Assembly: GCA_046056395.1 (NCBI GenBank) | Contig: CM100124.1 | Location: 623,968-687,967, forward strand | DNA from: Mugilogobius chulae | Lineage: Eukaryota | DNA length: 64,000 bases | Direction: 5' to 3' | In this document: piece after piece, positions 36,760-47,694 of the stretch | How positions within the stretch are numbered: the first letter of the stretch is position 1 | Layout of the letters: each line of letters starts with the position of its first letter | Position numbers and translations under genes: made by a program | Notes under the pieces: generated by a model | What the model was told of the DNA's origin: nothing | Database searches by the model: none | The model's input: the letters and a program-made list of their open reading frames with translations, nothing else

Positions 36760-37590
36760 CCGGGCTCACACTGCATCCAGTCCAACTCCGGTGCAGCCGC
36801 CTTTACTAAACTTGAAAAGTCTGAGAGTGGCTCACACTCGTACAGTCCAGTCCGGTGTCTCTGGTACGGCCAATCCGGCGCTCCCAAAACGTTTCGTTTG
36901 TTTCAAATTTTGGTCAGACGCCAGAGTGCACCGGAGCCCTTTTTGATGAAGTTGTGAAAACAAGACACGATAAACAGGAAACCAAGCGAGCACGGGTGAA
37001 GTGAATCCGGTAGTTTTCTAAATAAAATCATTACGTTACCACTGATAATACAAAATATGTCAAAACTCGACATATACATGATTATATAACACACAGGGTG
37101 TAAATTAACCTCCCGTGCTTGTCCATAGTGGGAGAAAAATCAAACAGAAAATGAACTGGCGTTAAATCAGCCTAAAACTCGGCGCCTGTGTTCTTTGTTT
37201 ACATAAACATGTGTCTGTGATCGTGTAATCTCCCAGGTTGAGCTGAACCTCTGTGAGTTCGGGGTCTCTGAGGTTGGCAGCAGCAGGACTGTAGACCACC
37301 ACAGCTAATGAGAGTCACCCACCGTAGCTAGATCGGTCCGGTGGCTGCACCGGAGTTGGACTGGATCAGTGTGAGCCCGGGGTGAGGCCTGTACTACGAA
37401 CTGAACTTATCCTTGATAAGTTTCTCTTATCCTGGTCTGGAGCAGGTTATGAGTTTGTCTCATGTTGCCATAGAGATCTGTCCTGATAGGACGTGATCCT
37501 GTTTCGTAGGACCAGACCAGGTTTAACCCAGAACTTACCTCGCTAAACCCCAAATCTAGCTTCGTAGTACAGGACTCTGCTCTGAAGCTT
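36760..37590. mobile_element. Composite repeat: an element with ~45-bp terminal inverted repeats (CCCCGGGCTCACACTG…CAGTCCAACTCCGGTGCAGCC) plus an adjacent copy of the dispersed repeat seen at 6130-6340
   Basis: 36760-36805 and 37325-37384 are reverse complements of each other. 37385-37590 is the reverse complement of the 6150-6330 repeat. Confidence 0.5.
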
Positions 37591-37599
37591 TACATACAT

Positions 37600-38523
37600 G
37601 ATATATATTTTTGTCAGTGCGGCTTGCGGTTGTCGAGCTTTATTAATATATTTTGTGTTTTGTCAGTGCTGCTGTGGAGCTTTAATAATAATATATTTTG
37701 TGTTTTGTCAGTGCTGCTGTGGAGTTTTAATAATAATATATTGTGTGTTTTATCAGTGCTGCTGTGGAGTTTTAATAATAATATATTGTGTGTTTTATCA
37801 GTGCTGCTGTGGAGTTTTAATAATAATATATTTTGTGTTTTATCAGTGCTGCTGTGGAGCTTTAATAATAATATATTTTGTGTTTTATCAGTGCGGCTGT
37901 GGAGTTTTTATAATAATAATATATTTTGTGTTTTATCAGTGCTGCGGTGGAGCTTTAATAATAATATATTTTGTGTTTTATCAGTGCTGCTGTGGAGCTT
38001 TAATAATAATATATTTTGTGTTTTATCAGTGCTGCTGTGGAGTTTTAATAATAATATATTTTGTGTTTTGTCAGTGCTGCTGTGGAGCTGTTATAATAAT
38101 ATATTTTGTGTTTTATCAGTGCTGCTGTGGAGCTTTAATAATAATATATTTTGTGTTTTGTCAGTGCTGCTGTGGAGCTTTAATAATAATATATTGTGTG
38201 TTTTATCAGTGCTGCGGTGGAGCTTTAATAATAATATATTTGTATTTTATCAGTGCTGCTGTGGAGCTTTAATAATAATATATTTTGTGTTTTATCAGTG
38301 CTGCTGTGGAGCTTTAATAATAATATATTTTTGTGTTTTGTCAGTGCTGCTGTGGAGCTTTAATAATAATATATTTTGTATTTTATCAGTGCTGCTGTGG
38401 AGCTTTAATAATAATATATTTTGTGTTTTGTCAGTGCTGCTGTGGAGCTTTTATAATAATATATTTGTATTTTATCAGTGCTGCGGTGGAGCTTTAATAA
38501 TAATATATTTTGTATTTTATCAG
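37600..38523. repeat. Tandem array (~20 copies, 46-bp unit) duplicating the acceptor site plus first ~15 nt of the next MVP exon (…GTGTTTTATCAG|TGCTGCTGTGGAGCTTTAATAATAATATATTTT…)
   Basis: The unit is the real acceptor TATTTTATCAG|TGCTGCGGTGGAG (38513-38536). The ORF-track ORFs at 37598-38559 read through this repeat. Confidence 0.9.
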
Positions 38524-38650
38524 TGCTGCGGTGGAGAGCACCGGAGCGGCCAAAGCTGAAGCTCAGTCCAGAGCAGAAGCAGCTCGGATCCAGGGAGAAG
38601 CCGCTGTGGAGGAGGCCAAGCTGAAGGCCGAGGCCCAGAGGATCGAGGCT
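38524..38650 (+). CDS. mvp: MVP coding exon ([42 protein letters not shown])
   Basis: Matches [42 protein letters not shown]. Donor GCT|GTGAGT. Confidence 0.9.
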
Positions 38651-38731
38651 GTGAGTTTAAAACCTACATCTGCACATTTAAGCCCTTCCTCTCTCTGATT
38701 GGCTGCGCTCTGCTGGGTCATGTGACTTTAG

Positions 38732-38920
38732 GAGGCGGAGCTTCAGCGTCTGGCCCAGGCTCGTGAGCAGGAGCTGAGTTATAAGAAGAACATGGACCTT
38801 CTGGAGGTGGAGAAGCAGCAGAAACTGTCCCAGATCGAGACCACCAAGTTCAGCGAGCTGGTGAAGAGCCTGGGCGCCGACACGCTGAGGGAGATGGCCA
38901 GAGCGGGGCCGGAGCTGCAG
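38732..38920 (+). CDS. mvp: MVP coding exon (EAELQRLAQAREQELSYKKNMDLLEVEKQQKLSQIETTKFSELVKSLGADTLREMARAGPELQ)
   Basis: Matches [63 protein letters not shown]. Acceptor TTTAG|, donor CAG|GTGAGC. Confidence 0.9.
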
Positions 38921-39039
38921 GTGAGCGCGCACAAACAACACGCACAAAAACACGCACACAAACAAGCAGACGAAACAAGAGAATCACAGGACACAACACG
39001 CACAAAACACGAATACACAGACACCGCACGAGGACAAAC

Positions 39040-39095
39040 ACGCTGAGGGAGATGGCCAGAGCGGGGCCGGAGCTGCAGGTGAGCGCGCACAAACG
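39040..39095. repeat. Duplicate of the preceding exon's 3' end plus donor (CGCTGAGGGAGATGGCCAGAGCGGGGCCGGAGCTGCAG|GTGAGCGCGCACAAACGACACGCACAC)
   Basis: Exact copy of 38884-38945. Confidence 0.85.
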
Positions 39096-40499
39096 ACACG
39101 CACACACTGCTTTTCCTGCCCTGGGCCTCGGGGAATCTATCACCATTTGCAGTCTGACCTCCTGTTAAGCTTCAGTATGATGTGAATGCTTCACAGATGC
39201 TTTTTCTAGAAGAGAATAAAAACCAAATGAATAGAGAGGGGACTAAATAAAAGGTGTTTTCGCACATTAAAGTAACAGGAACTGCGTACCCACATTCCCT
39301 TAGTCCCTGTTTAGTCAGACGAACTACCCTGTTCCCATGTTTGTGTTCACACAGCAACAGTTTGTGAAAGTGGGCCATATTCTGGAACATTTAAGTAGGT
39401 CATTAAGTTGTCTTAGGAAAACAAAACACTTAAGTATAATGTACAAAAGCTAAAAAAAAAAAATTTAAAAATCACTGAAATTAACAATACAGCGCAATTG
39501 TTCACTGTTATTCCTAAAAATAGTTATTTTGGGAGCTACAGATTTAAGTATTTTTCTCGAGGATAAGAATGTTTATCTAAATGTCATAATCTATAAAACA
39601 TGTTTCCAAACAGAGTTAGTGTTGTAAATGTGCTTGTCACCAAAAGGTTCCTGGTCTGACTGAAAGTACCTGCCTCAAAGCAGGAGCTAAAAAAAGTCCC
39701 TAAAGTGTGGCCCCAGTCCATAGTTCCTGGTCTGTGTGAACACGCCTAAAAAGGGGACTGGAACTAAAAAAAAGTACTAGGAACTGAAAAAGTTGCTACA
39801 GTGGGCAAAAGCCCAAGTTTTGCCCCAAGTACCCAGAATTTGGTGCTGCGCCCCTGCTCCTTTAGGCCCAGCACAGACTGAGCACTCTCACAGGAACTGA
39901 TTATTTGAGAAGGAAAAAGGGCTGCAGAGGTTCCAGAACGTGAGCGCCTTTCATACAACCTCACCACAACCAGGACTAGTTTGCTTTGTGTTTGAGTGTG
40001 ATGTAGAGTGAGGCGTTTACATGTGAGTGTGGAGGGTCTGTCACTCACTGGACTGTGTGTGAGCTCATCTCTGCTCTCTCTGTGACTAAAACTGACTCCG
40101 CCCACAACTGCACCTCAAACAGAATCGCAAAAGTGGGAGATGCAGGAGGCCTTTAAAGAGACGCCCAGGTGGGTGTGAACAGACTTTGATTGACAGCACC
40201 AAATATGGACAGTGAGCTTGTGAGTGATGTGAGTTTTGTGTGGGAGCGATCCTGACGTGAGGAGAAGTTCACAGCTCTGAGGCTGTGCAGCACAAGTCTA
40301 GTTTCTTACTCACACGTCAAGATTCTTTTTTGTTAATTAACTTTGCAGACACATGTATGAAGCCTTTGCTTTAGCCACGTAAACACATGAGCTCCTGTGA
40401 GTATTTTCTAAAATTGAAATTGAGAAAAATTAAACAAAGAATCGAGGATCAAACCTGCAAACCTTTGCACCTCACAGCTCACGTTTATTTAACTGAGCC

Positions 40500-41125
40500 A
40501 AATGTCTGATGTCTAGTGCTGTAGTTGCCCAAAGACATTCTTGGTCGACTAAAACATGTCCCATTAATCGACTAAAAAGGGGGCGTGTCAAAGGCTCTGG
40601 CAGTAAAAGTAGAGTTGTCAAAAATATTGCAAATCAATGCTAAAACTAGCAGTACAGATGACATAAACAGGACAAAAATTTGGACCAAATTTGATATTTT
40701 CTGGAAATTTTTCCCCCCAAAATTTTTGAAAAATTTAAAATAATCTTGAGCTTCAAGTGGTTTGAAAATAAACAGTTTGATCCCATTCTTGCATTTTGTG
40801 TTGAAAATGCCAGTCCATTGTATAAAAATCTGACTTTTTGAAAGGGCCTTCTAATCCTCATTGTGGTATCAAAATTGGGAATCAAATCTATTCTTTAGTC
40901 TGAAAATCGGGTTTGAAATTTTAGTTTTGTGACAACTCTACTAGAAACTTTGTTCAAACAGACCAATATCATAAGTAGTTAATGCAAAAACTCTAGTTTA
41001 TACAGAAAATTAATAAGAAACAGTGTGTTTGTATAAAAAAGGCAAATCAGACCAAATATCCTTATCATCTAAATAAAAGAATTGGTCGACTATTAAAAAA
41101 CGACTAAAGAACTACAGCTCTACTG
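40500..41125. mobile_element. ~620-bp non-autonomous DNA element with ~100-bp terminal inverted repeats (…GCTGTAGTT…TTGGTCGACTAAAA…AGTAGAGTTGTC…)
   Basis: 5' 40506-40625 and 3' 40900-41125 are inverted copies. The same terminus appears as a solo copy at 7790-7930. Confidence 0.55.
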
Positions 41126-41427
41126 ATGTCACTTTGCAGCTGGCGACTGTTTTTAAGTTTGCCTTAGCAGCTACGTCAGAAGATGGTGTTTTTATCCCCC
41201 ACCTGGGTCTGTCGCGTCATCTCGATGTTTTGTGGCCGTGAACTGAAAATGCACTGACAGGAGTTAGACCATCGGCAGCACAGTCGCGATTTTGCACACA
41301 AAAATGTCCAAAAAAAGGGCCTGGAAACAGTAGTCTTTTGTGTCTCCAGGTTCTTGTTTTCTCTCTCTGTCTCATGTATAAATCTGTCCTCACACTTGTC
41401 TCTGTCTCTCTGTCTCTGTGTGTCCAG

Positions 41428-41556
41428 GTGAAGATGCTCCAGGCTCTGGGTCTCAAGTCGACTCTGATCACAGACGGATCCTCCCCCATCAACCTGTTCA
41501 CCACCGCCAACGGCCTGCTGGGGGCGCTGCCGGGGCCGGGACAGGGAAACGAATAG
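41428..41556 (+). CDS. mvp: MVP last coding exon ([42 protein letters not shown])
   Basis: Matches [38 protein letters not shown]…. Acceptor GTCCAG|; TAG stop at 41554-41556. Confidence 0.9.
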   Translation: MKMLQALGLKSTLITDGSSPINLFTTANGLLGALPGPGQGNE

Positions 41557-42395
41557 AGAGGGACCGGGACAGAGACTGGGACAGGGACAGGACTATGACT
41601 AGAGCAAGACCTGGACAGTGAAACGAATAGAGAGGGACCGGGACAGGACAAGAGCGAGACCGAGACAAGACTAAAGCAAGACCTGCAGAGACCAGGACAG
41701 TGAAACGAATAGAGAGGGACCGGGACAGGACTAGAGCAGGACCAGGACAGGACTAAAGCAGGACCTCAGAGGACCTGCCAGGGCCGAGACAGAGACAGGA
41801 TTAGGACTAGAGCAGGACCAGGGACAGGGACTAAAGCAAGACCTGCAAAAAACGGGACCGGGACAGGACAAGAGCAGGTCCAGGGACAGGGACTGGGACA
41901 GGACTAAAGCGGGACAGGGACAGGACTAGACGAAGACTGGGACAAGACCTGCCAGGGCCGAGACAAGGACAGGACTAAAGCAGGACTAGAGCAGGACCTC
42001 ACAGGACTGGGACAGGACTAGAGCAGGACTGAGACAGGACCTGCTGGGACAGGGACAGGACTAAAACAGGACCAGGACAGAACTAAAGCAAGACCTGCAA
42101 GAACCGGGACAGGGACAGGACTAAAGCAGAGGCAGGACTGGGGCAAGACTAGAGCAGGACCAGGACAGGACCTGCTGGGACCGGGACAAGGACTGGGACC
42201 GGGACAGGACAAGAGCGAGACCGAGACAAGACTAAAGCAGGACCTGGAGAGACCGGGACAAGACAAGGACTAGGACTAAAGCAGGACCTCAGAGAACCTG
42301 CAAGGACCAAGACCGGGACTGGGACATAGACTGGGACAAGAACCGGGACAGGGACATAGACTGGGACAGGGACAGGACTAGAGCAGGACTTGGTA
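41557..42395. repeat. Irregular ~11-mer minisatellite (GGGACAGGACTAAAGCAGGACC…) filling the presumptive 3'UTR, with three extra copies of the stop-codon region (CAGTGAAACGAATAGAGAGGGACCGGGACAGG)
   Basis: Tandem units. GAAACGAATAGAGAGGGACCGGGACAG recurs at 41620, 41695 and 41557. Confidence 0.85.
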
Positions 42396-43029
42396 AAAGT
42401 TCAGTTTCTTATGCAAAAAGTCGTCTGTATGAGGGTTTTTGTCATTTTTTTAACGCCGTTTCTTCACCCAAAACGTCCCTGAAGTCGAGTTTAATGTTTG
42501 AACTGTCCCGAAACGCTCCGTTCCACCTGGTGATGTCATGAAGTGGTCGTTTAGTCGCTCACTTTTCTGTTTAGCCTCAGTTGGACTTTCTTTAATCCCA
42601 GTAGAATCGAGCGTTTGTGCCGTTTTCGAAGCAATGTTTTGTTGCATATTCTTTTTAAAAAACTCAAATGTTTTTTCTTTAACTGTGTAGAGAGGCAGTT
42701 TAAATGAGGTTAATGCAGTAGCTGTGGTTTAAAAACACTTAATGACGTCACAAAGTGGAGCGGAGTGTTTTTAGTCTGAGGAAAACCCAGCTTCACGAGT
42801 GTTTTTTAATCCAGAAACGACGTTATAAAAGGTTAAAACTGTGGGTAAAACGGGTCCTTTCATTGTGGGTCCTTTTATTGTGGGTCCTTCCGTTTTCTGA
42901 AGCCTTAAACTAAAACTGTGTCTGACTTTTTTTAAATAAGATTATGAACGTCTGCAAAAGGTAAAATCATGTTCTGTTTGTTTTTGGTGGAAGATTTTGG
43001 TTTAAAAAGCACTTAGGTTAAAGTTCAAG

Positions 43030-43560
43030 GGTCACGGTGGATCCTTCACTCCTTCCTCGTGTCCTCATCTCCTTCCTCATGTCCTCTTCTCCTTCTTCGT
43101 ATCCTCGTCTCCTTTCTCATGTCCTCGTCTCCTTCCTTATGTCCTTCACTCCTTCCTCGTGGCCTTTATTCCTTCCTCGTTTCCTTTACTCCTTCCTCGT
43201 TTCCTTCACTCCTTCCTCGTGTCCTTTATTACTTCCTCGTGTCCTTTACTCCTTCCTCGTGTCCTTTACTCCTTCCTCGTGTCCTTGTCTCCTTCCTCGT
43301 GTCCTTTACTCCTTCCTTGTGTCCTTTATTCCTTCCTCATGTCCTCATCTCCTTGTTTCCTTCCTCGTGTCCTCGTCTCCTTCCTCATGTTCTCATCTCC
43401 TTGTTTCCTTCCTCGTGTCCTCGTCTCCTTCCTCATGTTCTCTTCTCCTTCCTCGTCTCCTTCCTCGCGTCCTTGTTTCCTTCCTCACGTCCTTGTTTCC
43501 TTCCTCGTGTCCTTGTGTCCATCTTTCCTTCCTCTTGTTTTTTTTCTCTTTTGGCCGAAG
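43030..43560. repeat. Minisatellite, ~21-bp unit (TCCTTTACTCCTTCCTCGTGT) x ~25
   Basis: Direct tandem copies; the ORF-track ORFs at 43037-43576 read through it. Confidence 0.9.
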
Positions 43561-43681
43561 CTTTGAAATGAAATGAAGTTTAAAGAGTTTACATTTGTTG
43601 CACTTTTTCCCTCTAAAGCCTTAAATAAAGAAATAAAATTATCCTGACTTCTGAGGTAATGTTTTTATTAATAATTACACC

Positions 43682-44335
43682 TGTGGTTCAATCCTGGCTC
43701 AGGCCTGGTTTAGACCTGGTTTAGACCTGGTTTAGACCTGGTTTAGACCTGGTTCAGACCTGGTTTAGACCTGGTTTAGACCTGGTTTAGACCTGGTTTA
43801 GTCCTGGTTTAGACCTGGTTCAGCCCTGGTTTAGACCTGGTTTAGACCTGGTTTCGACCTGGTTCAGACCTGGTTCAGACCTGGTTCAGACCTGGTTTAG
43901 ACCTGGTTTAGTCCTGGTTTAACCTGTTTAGACCTGGTTCAGACCTGGTTCAGACCTGGTTTAGACATGGTTTAGTCCTGGTTTAGACCTGGTTTAGACC
44001 TGGTTTAGACCTGGTTCAGACCTGGTTCAGACCTGGTTTAGACATGGTTTAGTCCTGGTTTAGACATGGTTTAGACCTGGTTTAGACCTGGTTTAGACCT
44101 GGTTTAGACCTGGTTCAGACCTGGTTTAGACATTAGACCTGGTTCAGACCTGGTTCAGACCTGGTTTAGACCTGGTTTAGACCTGTTTAGACCTGGTTTA
44201 GACCTGGTTTAGTCCTGGTCAGACCTGGTTTAGACCTGGTTTAGACCTGGTTTAGACCTGGTTTAGTCCTGGTTTAGTCCTGGTTCAGACCTGGTTTAGA
44301 CCTGGTTTAGACCTGGTTTAGACCTGGTTCAGCCC
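43682..44335. repeat. 11-mer minisatellite (CCTGGTTTAGAC / CCTGGTTCAGAC) x ~60
   Basis: Direct tandem copies. Confidence 0.9.
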
Positions 44336-45639
44336 GACAGAAGCTCATTATTTGCAGTTCTGGGTGTGTTACATGTAGATTGTCACCAGAGGGCGCTGTT
44401 TAACGCTTAAAGGAAAACTGAACCAAGTAAAAGTCCCAGAGACGTGTTGGGGAAGTTTACACAATAAATAAAAGTATTCTAAACACTCGAAAAACCAAAA
44501 GCAAAACACAATATATTTTTAATAAGATTTCTGTTGGAGAAGAAATCAAGTAGATTAATTGCATTTAAGAGTCTTTCAGAAATGGAGCATCTGACTTATT
44601 ATGGTCGAATGAAATAGTGACATATCATTTATTTATTTATTTGAACATTTAATAATATAGAAAAAAAACTACAAACTGCTTCTGCACAAAACTACAAATA
44701 CATCAAAGTCAAAGTCAAGACTCATTTTTAACATCTCCAAGGCTGTAATAAAGGGTAAAAAAAATCCAGATTATATTCACATTTTATATGAAAAAACTGT
44801 CCATTTTGTGTCACATTTTCATCTCCTCTGAAAATCAGCTTTTATATATAAGTCTGTACAAATATTAAAACACTGAGGATTTTTTTCAAATTTGGTATTT
44901 TTAGTCAGAACAGAAGTGGATTAACAGATTGAACCCAAAAAAGTTTGAGAAATATATATTTTACTTAGATTTTAAAGCCGTCAAAAAAGTGGAGTAAAAG
45001 GGCGCTAACAGGAGATTAGGAACTTTTTTCTAACGAGACACATTTCTTAAGCTTGTCTCCAAGTCCATAAACTTCCTCCACTTACAGATTAACTCATTTC
45101 TTAGGTCATAACCTCCTTCTCTGTCTTTGAACATATTGTATAAAGAATGTTCTCTGGGTTGTTTCGAACCTTATACATAATTATTGCTGTTTTGACATTA
45201 TATACCATATGGCTCGTTTTGGGGCTTTAAAGTGGTTTGTATGTATACCCCAAATCATCTGGGCAAAAAAGATCATATCAAAATAAAAACCAAATCTTGA
45301 GCTCTTCTCTGTGACAGTCTGCTTTTGTGAGTTTGTTATCTGTTTTAAATACAGACGAGTTTTCCACCTGTTTGTCTGATTTCTCACTTTCAGGAGATTC
45401 ACAATACAGTACACTCTAAAACATGAACTAAACTGACACAGGACAGCCTTTTCTTATTCCTCTAGTGAATCTTTGAGTTTTTAGAACAGGAAGAAAGACT
45501 CACAAACGTCTCCTTTAATTGACTCTAAACTCAGACTCTAGTGTGTTCGCTCTCCTCCGTTTGAGACGCACACCTGCTGTTTGTTGTTTTTTGTTTGGTC
45601 CATTACCTCGACTCCACATCTGCAACAGGAAACCGGCTT

Positions 45640-45933
45640 TTACTACCTCTCCTCTTCCCTCTCTCTCTCTTTCCCTCTCTTCTCTCTCTCCTCCTCTCTC
45701 TCTTCTCTCTCTCCCTCTCTTTCCCTCTCTTCTCTCTCTCCTCCTCTCTCTCTCTCTCCTCCTCCTCCCTCTCTCTCTCTCTCTCCCTCCTCCTCTCCTC
45801 TCTCTCTCTCTCTCCCTCCTCCTCTCTCTCCTCTCTCCTCTCTCTCCCTCCTCCTCTCTTCTCTCTCCTCCTCTCTCTCTCTCTCTCCTCTCCTTCTCTC
45901 TCTCTCTCCTCCTCTCTCTCTCTCTCCTCCTCC

Positions 45934-45968
<35 letters not shown>

Positions 45969-46468
45969 CCTCCTCCTCTCTCTCTCTTCTCTCTCTCTCT
46001 CTCCCTCCTCCTCTCTCTCCTCTCTCTCCCTCCTCCTCTCTCTCTCTCTCCCTCCTCTCTCTCTCTCTCCTCCTCCTCCTCTCTCTCTCTCTCTCTCCTC
46101 TCTCTCTCCCTCCTCCTCTCTCTCTCTCTCTCTCTCTCCCTCTCTCTCTCCTCTCTCTCTCTCTCTCTCCCCCCTCTCTCTTCCATCTCTCCTTCAGTTT
46201 CACTTCTTCCTCTTTCTCTTATTTTTCCTCCTTTCTCTCTCCTCCTCCACTTGCTCAGTCCCTTCCTAACGCTCCCCCTTTCTTCTCTCTCTTTCTTTCT
46301 TCCTGCAGCACCATAGATCCCCCTTTGTTTCTCCTCCCTCCCTTCCTCTCTCTCTCTCTTTTACATTCACAGTGGAACCATAGCCTCCTCTTCCTTCTCC
46401 CGTTCCCTCTTTCCCTGCAGACACAGTAGATCTGCAGCTCCTCCCCCTTCTCTCTCCCATCCCTCCCT

Positions 46469-46504
<36 letters not shown>

Positions 46505-47350
46505 TGCTCTGAGTGAATCCGCAGCCTCCAGTGTCTTTCTTTTACAGTCACAGTTCATCCTCCTCGTCTTCCCTCTCTCTCTCTCTCTCTCTTCTCTTGA
46601 ATCCACAGCCTGCTCTTCTCTCTCTCCTACAGTGAACCCTCCCCCGATGTCTCCGTCTCTTCCTCTCCTTCTTTTTGAGTCTACAACCTGCTCTCTCTCT
46701 TTCTCATACAATACTCCTTTCTCTCCCTTTTCCTGCCTTTTCTTCCTCAAGGTAAAACCACACCATCTCTCTCTCTTTCTCTCTCTCTTACATTCACGGT
46801 GTCTTCCTTTCTCTCTTCCACTGAATCTGCAACCTCTTCTCTCTCGCTCTTTCTTACTTTTGCATTGGCCCCTTCTTCTCTTCTTCTCTCTATCTGTCTC
46901 CCTCCCTCTTCCCTCTCTCTCTTTCATTTACAGTAGCCCCTCCCTCCCTCTCTTTTCTTCGCTCTCATTTACAATAGCTTTTCCTTCTCTCTCTGTCATC
47001 CCTCCCTCTTCTCTCCCTCCCTCCTCTCTGTCTCTCTCTCTCTTAGTAGCCCTCCCTCTCTCTTCCCTCTCTCTCTTCTCATTTTACCAGTAGCCCTCCC
47101 TCTCTCCCTCCTCCCTCCCTCCCTCCTCTCTTATCTCTCTCTCTCCTCTTTCTCTTAGTAGCACCTCCCTCCCTCTTCTCTTCTCTCTCTCCATCCCTGA
47201 ATACGCAGCCTCCTCCTCTTCTCTCCCTCTCTCTTTCTCTCCCTCTCATTTACAGTAGCCCTTCCTCTCTCTCTCCTTCTCTTAACTCTCTCTCTCTCTT
47301 AGTAGCCCCTCCCTCTCTCCCTCATCCTTGAATCCGCAGCCTCTCACTTT
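45640..47350. repeat. 1.7-kb polypyrimidine low-complexity tract ((CT)n / (CTC)n / CCTCC on + strand; (GA)n-rich on - strand)
   Basis: Visible composition. The ORF-track ORFs at 45515-47093 (poly-S/L/P on + strand, poly-E/R on - strand) read through it. Confidence 0.95.
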
Positions 47351-47694
47351 TCCTCTGCATCAGTCGAGCTTCAGCCTAAAACACAAACCTCCTTCTTTCC
47401 TTCTCTCCTTTCATTTCTCTTCCTCCTCCAGCTCTCCCTCTTCATTCTCCCACCTTTATAATTCCCCGGTTGAATTTTCCAGAATCTTCCGAACAAACCT
47501 GAGCCGATCCGGACCGGGACATGGACTCACAGAAGCTCCACGTTTAGGTAAGAAAAAATAAAATCTTTTTTTACTGTTTTAAACGAAAAACGCTGCGTCT
47601 GCTTCAGATCGATGGGTGTGTCTGTTCAGCCGGCTTCAGACACGAGAAAAAACTCTAAAACTCTGATAATCTGAGCTCTAAAACCGGTTTAAGA

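Noticed and set aside
37598-38559. 224-aa and 311-aa ORFs (…YFVFCQCCCGALIII… / …[15 protein letters not shown]…)
   Set aside because: Read-through of the 46-bp acceptor-site array; only the last unit belongs to a real exon
45515-47093. ORFs of 150-280 aa encoding poly-S/L/P (+ strand) or poly-E/R (- strand)
   Set aside because: Translation of the (CT)n/(GA)n low-complexity tract
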